Origin: Roseibacillus sp.
GTDB taxonomy: Bacteria; Verrucomicrobiota; Verrucomicrobiia; Verrucomicrobiales; Akkermansiaceae
NCBI GenBank assembly: GCA_965242925.1
Contig: CBDEUM010000042.1
Coordinates: 1 to 64,000, forward strand
DNA: 64,000 nucleotides
Direction: 5' to 3'
A model generated the notes under the pieces. It saw only the letters and a program-made list of their open reading frames with translations, searched no databases and had not been told where the DNA came from. Position numbers and translations under genes: made by a program. Positions 11,121 to 19,315 of this stretch are shown piece by piece (the first letter of the stretch is position 1; each line of letters starts with the position of its first letter).

Positions 11121-12638
11121 ATGAAAATCCTGCTCCTGCTCTTTGTTCCGGGTTTCCTGTGCTGCGCCACTCGCCCGAAGGCTGAAACGCTTCCGCGGCC
11201 CAACATCGTTCTCGTTTACACCGACGACCAGGGCTACGGCGATGCCAGCTGCCTGAACCCGCGGGCAAAATTCAAGACCCCCCACCAGGACCGCCTCGCG
11301 CGGGAGGGAATGACGTTCACCGACGCGCACTGCTCCGACACGGTCTGCACCCCTTCCCGTTACGGACTGCTGACCGGGCGCTACAGCTGGCGCACCAGCT
11401 TGAAGCGGGGGGTCTTCGGGGCCGAACGCCCCTGCCTTATCGAGCAGGGCCGGACCACCCTGGCCTCCTTCCTGCGCACCAACGGCTACCGGACTGCGAT
11501 GGTGGGCAAGTGGCACCTCGGGATGGATTTTCCAGGCACCCTCGGCAATCGCGACTGGTCGCTCCCGGTCAAGGACATGCCGCTCGACAAGGGCTTTGAC
11601 TACTTCTGGGGTATCCCCGCCTCCATGAATTACGGCGTGCTGGCCTGGTTCGAAGGCCGCTTCGCCATGACGCCCCCCACCCGGTGGACCAGGAAGAAAC
11701 CCAATCGGATCGCGCTCTCAGACTATCGGATCACCCCTCCCTATCACCCGGAACAACAGGACGGCCTGATGGAGGTCGCCCCGGACTTCGTGGATTCCGA
11801 ATGCCTGACGCGTTTCACCGACCAGGCCATCAAGTGGATTGCCTCGGTGGCGGATGATGCCCGCAAGGGCGAGCCCTTCTTTCTCTACCTGCCCCTCACC
11901 TCGCCCCACAAACCGGTCATTCCTCTGGAGCAGTTCCGTGGCCAGGGGGAGGCGGGAGCCTACGGGGAGTTCATGATCGAGACGGACTGGCACCTCGGTC
12001 GGTTGCTTTCCCTGCTCGATCGCGAGAATCTGGCGGAGAACACGATCGTCATCTACACTTCCGACAACGGCCCGGAGAACACCTGGCAACAGCGTATCCA
12101 GAAATTTGGACACCACAGCTCCGGGCCCTATCGCGGGGGCAAGCGCTCCATCTATGAAGGAGGTCACCGGGTCCCCTTCTTCCTGCGCTGGCCGGCCAGG
12201 GTCAGGCCGGGCTCCCGGTGGACCGAACCGATCTGCCAGACCGACCTTCTCGCCACCTTCGCCGCCATCCTCGACAAGCCAATCCCGGCCCGGTCCGGCG
12301 AGGACAGCATCAGTTTTCATCGGGCATGGGGCCGTGCCAAGTCCACGCGCCCCTCCCGTCCTCCCGTCATTCACCACGCCGCTAACGGCCGATTCGCAAT
12401 CCGGACCGGAAAGTGGAAGCTGATCATGGAAAGCACGAAAAAGGCCGAGAACCGCGAACTCTACGACCTGCACCTCGACCCGGGGGAGAAGAACAATGTC
12501 CTGGCCAATCATGGCGAAGTGGAGAAGACCCTGCTCACCCGGCTCTCCGGAATCGTAACCAGCGGTGCCACCCGCGATGGGGTGACCTCGCAGAACGATA
12601 CCCCGCTCTGGGCGGATCTCGTCTGGCTTCCCCGATAA
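11121..12638 (+). CDS. Secreted formylglycine-dependent (S1) sulfatase
   Basis: PNIVLVYTDDQGYGD, CTPSRYGLLTGRY, GKWHLG, TSDNG, YEGGHRVPF. Confidence 0.95.
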   Translation: MKILLLLFVPGFLCCATRPKAETLPRPNIVLVYTDDQGYGDASCLNPRAKFKTPHQDRLAREGMTFTDAHCSDTVCTPSRYGLLTGRYSWRTSLKRGVFGAERPCLIEQGRTTLASFLRTNGYRTAMVGKWHLGMDFPGTLGNRDWSLPVKDMPLDKGFDYFWGIPASMNYGVLAWFEGRFAMTPPTRWTRKKPNRIALSDYRITPPYHPEQQDGLMEVAPDFVDSECLTRFTDQAIKWIASVADDARKGEPFFLYLPLTSPHKPVIPLEQFRGQGEAGAYGEFMIETDWHLGRLLSLLDRENLAENTIVIYTSDNGPENTWQQRIQKFGHHSSGPYRGGKRSIYEGGHRVPFFLRWPARVRPGSRWTEPICQTDLLATFAAILDKPIPARSGEDSISFHRAWGRAKSTRPSRPPVIHHAANGRFAIRTGKWKLIMESTKKAENRELYDLHLDPGEKNNVLANHGEVEKTLLTRLSGIVTSGATRDGVTSQNDTPLWADLVWLPR

Positions 12639-12651
12639 CAATCGTCTCCCC

Positions 12652-14064
12652 ATGCGCACCTGCTTCTTCCTCGTCTCCCTGCTTTTGGCAGGTTTTCTCC
12701 CTGAAGCCTCCGGGGCGAAGCTTCCCAATATCCTCGTCATCCTGGTCGATGACATGGGTTACGGTGACCTCAACGCCTACAACCCGGAATCGAAGATTCC
12801 CACTCCCCATCTCGACAAGCTGGCCCGGGACGGGATGCGCTTCACCGATGCCCATGCCCCGGGGCCTCTCTGTCACCTCTCGCGCTACGGTCTCCTGACC
12901 GGGAGGTACCCCTTCCGCGCCAATACGGGCGCGTGGCGCACACAGCCTTCAATCGGGACAGGGCAACTCACCGTGGCCTCCCTTCTCAAGGAGAAGGGCT
13001 ACCACACCGCCATGGTGGGCAAGTGGCACCTGGGATTCAAGGAGAACGGCTATGACAAGCCTCTCCCGGGAGGACCGGTGGATGTCGGGTTCGAGTCCTT
13101 CTTCGGCATCCGGGCCTCCACCGACATCCCTCCCTATTTCTACATCCGCGGAAACCGTGCCGTAGAGCCACCCACCAAGACGATCGCAGCCAACAATACC
13201 CCGGGCTGGTCCCGCATCCAGGGAGCTTTCTGGCGGGGTGGCGGCATCGCTCCTGATCTCAGGCTCGACGACGTCCTGCCCCGCTTCACCAAAGAAGCCC
13301 TGACCGTGATTGCCGACCATGATCCCGAGGAGGGGAACCCTCTCTTCCTCTACCTGGCCTACCCGGCCCCCCACACCCCCTGGTTGCCCTCCCCGCAGTT
13401 CAGGGGAAAAAGCGAAGCAGGGATATACGGTGAATTCTGCAGCATGGTGGATGCCGAAGTCGGCCGGGTGCTGCAAGGGCTGGAAAGCAGGAAGATGGCG
13501 GATGACACCCTCGTCATCTTCACCTCGGATAACGGCCCGGTCTGGTATGACGCGGATGTGCAGCGCTCTGGACATGACTCCGCGGGAGGATTGCGGGGGA
13601 TGAAAGCGGACGCCTGGGAAGCGGGACACCGTATGCCCTTCCTGGTGCGCTGGCCCGGCATGGTGGAAGCCGGATCGGTAACCCATCACCTCGTCTGCTT
13701 TACTGATCTTCTCGCCACCTTCGCCGAACTGATAAACGGTAAATTGACGGGGAAAGGCGCTCTCGACAGCGAAAGTTTCCTCCCTGTCCTGACCGATTCC
13801 TCCGCCAGGCACCACCCAAGAGGACCCATTGTAATGAGGGCTGGAAGCGGTGCCATGATGATCCGGGATCAGGAATGGAAACTGATCAATCAGCTTGGAT
13901 CAGGCGGATTCTCCAATCCCAAGCGGGTCAAGCCCGGACCGGATGATCCCCAGGGACAGCTCTACAATCTCTCCGTGGACCCTTCCGAGAAATCGAATCT
14001 CTGGAAGAGCCATCCCGAACTGGTGCGTAAGCTGACCGCGCGGATGAAGGAAATCGCGAAGTAA
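12652..14064 (+). CDS. Secreted S1 sulfatase with variant CHLSR motif
   Basis: PNILVILVDDMGYGD, CHLSRYGLLTGRY, GKWHLG, TSDNG, WEAGHRMPF. Confidence 0.93.
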   Translation: MRTCFFLVSLLLAGFLPEASGAKLPNILVILVDDMGYGDLNAYNPESKIPTPHLDKLARDGMRFTDAHAPGPLCHLSRYGLLTGRYPFRANTGAWRTQPSIGTGQLTVASLLKEKGYHTAMVGKWHLGFKENGYDKPLPGGPVDVGFESFFGIRASTDIPPYFYIRGNRAVEPPTKTIAANNTPGWSRIQGAFWRGGGIAPDLRLDDVLPRFTKEALTVIADHDPEEGNPLFLYLAYPAPHTPWLPSPQFRGKSEAGIYGEFCSMVDAEVGRVLQGLESRKMADDTLVIFTSDNGPVWYDADVQRSGHDSAGGLRGMKADAWEAGHRMPFLVRWPGMVEAGSVTHHLVCFTDLLATFAELINGKLTGKGALDSESFLPVLTDSSARHHPRGPIVMRAGSGAMMIRDQEWKLINQLGSGGFSNPKRVKPGPDDPQGQLYNLSVDPSEKSNLWKSHPELVRKLTARMKEIAK

Positions 14065-14574
14065 GCGAGGGTTGCTGCTCCCGCCGGTTTCCGGGATCAC
14101 ACGTTTCCCCCGCCACTTCCACTCCCTCAAATTTGATAAGCCACGCGGGAGCAGCGATCAGAAAACCCATAACCGACCGCTAACTCCCACGCCGCTAGAT
14201 AAATCTTCTCACCACAGAACGGGATTATTCTCCAGTTTCGGCGGGCGGTTTCTTTGATGGTAGTTGGATCAACCGTCACGGGCAACTCCCCAGGATGAGC
14301 AAAATTCCCGGGAACCGTGCTGGAACATCCCCCCTTTCGGGTAATTCGATTCTCTGCACCTCTCTTCCTGACGCCCCCGACGCGGAAAACCAAAAACAGA
14401 GCATCCTCCCCTGCAGCTGCCGCAACCTTTCAAACATGCTCTGCGTTGAAATTCGTCGTCCCCTTTAATTGAACAAACGGGGGAGAGCAGAGTTGACCCC
14501 GGGCTCTCTGGATTTGAGGATTCATCCCCGATTCCCCCCGGCACCGTTTCCCCGTGCTGGCATCCCAAAACACC

Positions 14575-15864
14575 ATGAACATCGAAACGCTCTGCCTGCA
14601 CGGTGGCCAGGAACCCGACCCCTCCACCAATGCGCGTGCCGTGCCCGTTCACCGCACGACATCCTATGTCTTTGATAGCACCGAGCACGCCGCAAATCTC
14701 TTCGCCCTGAAAGAGCTCGGGAACATCTATAGCCGGATCGGGAACCCGACCCAGGCGGTGCTTGAATCACGGGTTGCTCTCCTGGAAGGCGCGCATGAAC
14801 TCGGTGCCCTGGCGCTGGGTTCAGGAACGAGCGGAGTATTCTACTCCATAATAAACCTGGCGCAGGCCGGGGACAACATCGTCTCGGCGCGCAATCTGTA
14901 TGGCGGTTCCTACACTCAATTCAACGACATCCTTCCCGCCCTGGGCATCGAAGTGCGCTTCGTGGACTCGCAGGATCCCGACGAGTTTGCCCAGGCCGCG
15001 GACGAGAACACCCGGGCCTTCTTCACTGAAACGGTTTCCAATCCCGCCCTTGAGATCGCCGATCTGGAAGCCATCGCGGCCCACGCCAAGGCCTCTGGCG
15101 TGCCCCTCATCGTGGACTCCACTTTCTCCACCCCTTACCTGACGCGCCCGATTGATCACGGAGCTGATATCGTGGTCCATTCCCTGACAAAATGGTTCGG
15201 CGGTCACGGCACGGGCATCGGTGGGGTGGTGGTGGATTCCGGTCGATTCAAATGGAGCGCTGGGAAGCACCCGCTCTACGATACCCCGGATTCATCATAC
15301 CACGGCCTGCGCTGGGGCCATGATCTCCCCCCCGAGCTTGCTCCCCTGGCCTTCATCCTGCGGATGCGCACGGTCCCCCTGCGCAACCTCGGGGCCTGTA
15401 TTTCTCCCGATAATGCCTGGATCTTCCTGCAGGGCATCGAGACGCTGCCCCTGCGGATGGAACGCCACTGCGAAAACGCCCTCGCGGTAGCCAGGCATCT
15501 GCAGAAGCACGATGCCGTGGAATGGGTGCGGTTCCCCGGCCTGGCGGACAACCCCGAGTACGAGAAGAACAGCAAATACATCAGGGGCAAGGGTGGAGCC
15601 ATTGTCGTCTTCGGGATCAAGGGAGGTGCTGAATCCGGCAAAACCTTCATCGAGTCCCTGCAACTTCATTCTCATCTTGCCAATGTTGGTGATGCCAAGT
15701 CGCTGGCCATTCACCCGGCTACCACCACCCATTCCCAGCTCAACGAAGAACAGCAGGCGGCCGCAGGGATCACGCCGGAGCTGGTGCGCCTCGCGGTAGG
15801 AATTGAGCACATTGGCGATATCCTTGCAGATCTCGACCAGGCTCTGGCGCAGGCCGTAACATAG
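14575..15864 (+). CDS. metY: O-acetylhomoserine aminocarboxypropyltransferase (PLP-dependent)
   Basis: GNIYSRIGNPT, LYGGSY, HSLTKWFGGHG (PLP lysine), HLANVGDAKSLAIHPATTTHSQL, VRLAVGIEH. Confidence 0.92.
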   Translation: MNIETLCLHGGQEPDPSTNARAVPVHRTTSYVFDSTEHAANLFALKELGNIYSRIGNPTQAVLESRVALLEGAHELGALALGSGTSGVFYSIINLAQAGDNIVSARNLYGGSYTQFNDILPALGIEVRFVDSQDPDEFAQAADENTRAFFTETVSNPALEIADLEAIAAHAKASGVPLIVDSTFSTPYLTRPIDHGADIVVHSLTKWFGGHGTGIGGVVVDSGRFKWSAGKHPLYDTPDSSYHGLRWGHDLPPELAPLAFILRMRTVPLRNLGACISPDNAWIFLQGIETLPLRMERHCENALAVARHLQKHDAVEWVRFPGLADNPEYEKNSKYIRGKGGAIVVFGIKGGAESGKTFIESLQLHSHLANVGDAKSLAIHPATTTHSQLNEEQQAAAGITPELVRLAVGIEHIGDILADLDQALAQAVT

Positions 15865-15895
15865 ACTAACCGAGGAATTGCCGGGCTCTGTGAAC

Positions 15896-17296
15896 TCAGG
15901 GGCCGGTGGATTTCTTCGCGGGCTCCTGCGGCTGCCCCCCCCCTGGCGGAGTGGGCGCATCCAGCAGGCGGCAAATGGCTCTCTTGAGAACACTCTCAAC
16001 CTGCGGACTCACCATGGACGAGCGCTCAGCCGCCTCATAACCGCCCTGGGAGTAAGCCACCTCGGTACAAATATAACCGGGCGCGTAGTCGCCATATGCG
16101 GCCATGGCAACCACCAGATCCGGACGAACCGCCTGGGCGTAGAGCTGGTATTCCACGAACAACTCCCCGGGCATGTGCAGGATGCGGGCCTGGCGCAGGG
16201 CAAGGCAGGAAAGCTCCAGGGGCTCCTGGCGCTGACATCGCCGCAACCAGGTCAGAACCTTGGCGGCCAGATAGCGCTTCTCCAGCGGCTCGGTCTCCAC
16301 CTCCACCACGGCTGCAAGGGTTTCTTCCTTCAGGTGAGTTCCTATCGGCAGGAGAACAGGTTCCACTACCCAGTGCACGTCACCACTGCCCAGGGGTTCC
16401 CTGGCGGTGCCCTCCCACGCAGCCTTCATGCCGGCTGCAACCCGGTCGGCAAGAATCTGCCGGTTCTCTTTTGCCCCGTCATTCCACTTGCCTGCCCCGA
16501 TGTTGCCTCCCGCCCCCGTAAAATGGATATGGGGAACCCCGGTCTCCTTCTCGCGCTGGTTCCGGGCCATCCCCGGGAAATCCGGATTAACCAGACCGGT
16601 CCGGTAATAGCTCTGCGGGTGAGTGGCGTAATAGCTCAGCGCTGCCAAAGCCTGTTCGCCATTCCAGAAGGTGACCAGGCACAGACGGGAATCGATTGTG
16701 CCCGCCGGAAAAGCCCGGATGGCAGGGTCGCCCGTTGCCGTGAAACGGACGTGCTGAACCTTCCCGTCCGGTCCCAGGATGCGCCGATTTGAAGCCACCA
16801 TCTGGACCTCGCCTGTCCCTATTCCCAGATGGCTGACCGGCTCCGCCGTCTCAACCGCCTTTCTTACCGCTGCCGCGACACTGGCGATCACCTTGCGGGC
16901 ATGCGCCACGTTGAATTTCTTCCCTCCCATTCCATGTTCTGCCAGCAGGGCCTCGGCCGAGAAATCACACCGGGGGGCATCATGCTGATGAAGGGCGTGC
17001 ATGGCGACCCGTTCCACTCTCGTTGAGGCCCCTTTCGCCAGCGCCTTACGAAATTCCAGATGACCGTCGTTGCTGAGTCCGATCCAATCAATCGCGGCCA
17101 GAACGATGGGATCCCCCGCCCCCAGAAGAACAATCCCCCGACAGCTGAGGGGCAAGTCCACTCCTGTCATGGTATCGTATGCCAGCGGACTCCCCAGGGG
17201 CGGGGTGGCATCAACCTCAAAGGTGCCGAGCCGGACCGGAGCGGCCGACGCCGCGAGACACAGGATCAGGAAGTTGATAACAGCTGCCGTCTTCAT
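15896..17296 (-). CDS. Secreted hypothetical protein, neutral/alkaline ceramidase-like PVC family
   Basis: Signal peptide, VDATPPLG, HALHQHDAP, YATHPQSYY, FTGAGGNIGAGK, PGELFVEYQL, GYI...AY..GGYE. Confidence 0.65.
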   Translation of the reverse strand: MKTAAVINFLILCLAASAAPVRLGTFEVDATPPLGSPLAYDTMTGVDLPLSCRGIVLLGAGDPIVLAAIDWIGLSNDGHLEFRKALAKGASTRVERVAMHALHQHDAPRCDFSAEALLAEHGMGGKKFNVAHARKVIASVAAAVRKAVETAEPVSHLGIGTGEVQMVASNRRILGPDGKVQHVRFTATGDPAIRAFPAGTIDSRLCLVTFWNGEQALAALSYYATHPQSYYRTGLVNPDFPGMARNQREKETGVPHIHFTGAGGNIGAGKWNDGAKENRQILADRVAAGMKAAWEGTAREPLGSGDVHWVVEPVLLPIGTHLKEETLAAVVEVETEPLEKRYLAAKVLTWLRRCQRQEPLELSCLALRQARILHMPGELFVEYQLYAQAVRPDLVVAMAAYGDYAPGYICTEVAYSQGGYEAAERSSMVSPQVESVLKRAICRLLDAPTPPGGGQPQEPAKKSTGP

Positions 17297-17449
17297 GGCC
17301 ATCACTTACACGATTTGGGGTGACAAGCAAAGTCAGGGCCCCGGACCGGTAGCAGCGGTGGGAAGGGAGCCCCTGTGCTTTGCACCCACCTACCACGAAA
17401 AACCGCACGGGAGCCACAATGGTCCCCTGCGGCTCTGAACGCTGCCCGT

Positions 17450-18166
17450 CTAGCGGCGCCGGCGGAGCAGCCCGAGCAGACTCAGCCCGAGTAGTGCCAG
17501 ACCGGAAGGCTCGGGAACGGCAGCGCCAACCAGCGAAATCATGTTCGATCCGCCCGTTCCATTATTGCTCACGGTCACAGAGAGGCTGGGGTCGGAAAGG
17601 GTCCATACCGAGTAGTGCTGGTTGAGCCCGATCCCAGCGCCGGTACCGTCACCCCCTTCATCGACACTGGTGTAGTCGGCTTGCCCGTTGGGGGAGATCC
17701 CGGTGTTAAGCCGCTCCCATCCGCCATCAATCACCCATTGGAACGTCCCCCCCAGAACAGGGTCGGTTGTATTCAAGTTGCCGGCATCACCTGACGGTCC
17801 GTTGATCCGGTTGTCCAGCAACAGATACCATGTCGTGGGGACATCGGCCGTCACCGTAGCGCTGTAACCTCCCTGGTCCCGCGCGTTATTTGCAAAGCGC
17901 ACATAATCATTGCCAACCAAATAGCCAGGCAGGGGAACGATCGTGGTCCCGGTGGGAGTAACGAGGGTTCCGCCCGCATTAAAGGCAGCCCCGTTGTGCT
18001 GGTGGGTCCGGTCCGAGAAGGTGAGGGCTTCCTCGCCGAAGCCTTCCGCGACGATGGCGGCTGCATCACCGCCACGACCAACTTCGCTGACGGAGATGAT
18101 CGCGGCCTGAGCGGCTCCAAAACCTACACCTAGGAACACTGCGGGGAGAATCAACTTGCAATTCAT
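17450..18166 (-). CDS. PEP-CTERM sorting domain protein
   Basis: Signal peptide and C-terminal VPEPSGLALLGLSLLGLLRRRR. Confidence 0.92.
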   Translation of the reverse strand: MNCKLILPAVFLGVGFGAAQAAIISVSEVGRGGDAAAIVAEGFGEEALTFSDRTHQHNGAAFNAGGTLVTPTGTTIVPLPGYLVGNDYVRFANNARDQGGYSATVTADVPTTWYLLLDNRINGPSGDAGNLNTTDPVLGGTFQWVIDGGWERLNTGISPNGQADYTSVDEGGDGTGAGIGLNQHYSVWTLSDPSLSVTVSNNGTGGSNMISLVGAAVPEPSGLALLGLSLLGLLRRRR

Positions 18167-18437
18167 GGGTCTTAATTTGCTTGGGGCCCCTAATAGGAAG
18201 AATTTCTTTGCCGGCTCGCAAGCGCTTTCTCCTAAGGTTTTCATTAATAGTTAGATACAAGAACTTTGTGATCTCCGCCCAGGGATACAGAAGGGGCTCA
18301 GGCCGGGAGTATCCGGCCATCCCAGCGGATCTCAACCGGTTGCCCCCGGCAAAACAGCATCCTGCCTCCTGGAGGGGCTACCTTCCCCGCCCCCGAGGGA
18401 CCGTGACAAACGGCAAAGCAGCTCGCAGGATTCATCC

Positions 18438-19214
18438 ATGGCCTATCCGGGAATCAAACTCTTTGACCTTCACGGGCGGACTGCCCTGATCACCGGCGGT
18501 TCCAAGGGTCTGGGCAAGGTCATCGCAGCCGGCCTGGCTTCCGCTGGCGCGAATGTTGTTCTGGTCAGTCGGCACGGCGCGGAGGCCCAGGCGGCCGCCG
18601 ACGAAATTGCTGCCGACCACGGTCAAGGCGCGCTCGGAATTGAGGCCGACATCACGGTCCCGGCGCAGATCGACGCCATGATCGCCACCAGCCGCGAATT
18701 CTTCGGCACTATCGACATCCTGGTCAACAACGCGGGCATCAACACCCGCGGGCCCATCGAAGCGATCACCCTCGAACAGTTCGAGGAACTCATGAAGATC
18801 AACGTCACGGGCACCTGGCTCTGCTGCAAGACCGTCATCCCGCTCATGAAGAAAGCTGGTTGGGGCCGAATCATCAACCTGTCGAGTGCGATCGGGCTGG
18901 TGGGGGTGCCCGAGCGGACACCCTACGCCTCAAGCAAGGGCGCGGTCACCCAGCTCACGCGCACCCTGGCCCTCGAACTGGCCGGGAGCGGGATCCTGGT
19001 CAACGCCATCTGCCCCGGCCCCTTTCTCACTGAGATGAACACTCCACTTGCCGACTCGGAGGAAGCGAAAAGGTTCATTATCGACCGGACGGCGCTTCGG
19101 CGCTGGGGCGAACTCCCCGAGATCCAGGGCGCAGCTCTTTATCTCGCCAGCGAGGCCGCAAGTTACACCACCGGCAGCATGCTCTGCGTGGACGGAGGAT
19201 GGACCGCGCAGTGA
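18438..19214 (+). CDS. Short-chain dehydrogenase/reductase (SDR)
   Basis: TGGSKGLG, NNAG, YASSK, VNAICPG, VDGG. Confidence 0.95.
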   Translation: MAYPGIKLFDLHGRTALITGGSKGLGKVIAAGLASAGANVVLVSRHGAEAQAAADEIAADHGQGALGIEADITVPAQIDAMIATSREFFGTIDILVNNAGINTRGPIEAITLEQFEELMKINVTGTWLCCKTVIPLMKKAGWGRIINLSSAIGLVGVPERTPYASSKGAVTQLTRTLALELAGSGILVNAICPGPFLTEMNTPLADSEEAKRFIIDRTALRRWGELPEIQGAALYLASEAASYTTGSMLCVDGGWTAQ

Positions 19215-19315
19215 TTCGTCCCGGAGAGCTGAAATCACTCTAAGCTGCGATAAACAACCGTGATTCCCGACTCGACATTCCATGCCCGGAGAGGCGTACT
19301 CGCTGTTGCCTTGCC

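Noticed and set aside
14260..14574. Known SAM-I/II/SAH riboswitch before metY
   Set aside because: No recognisable consensus by eye; kept only as an unassigned structured leader.
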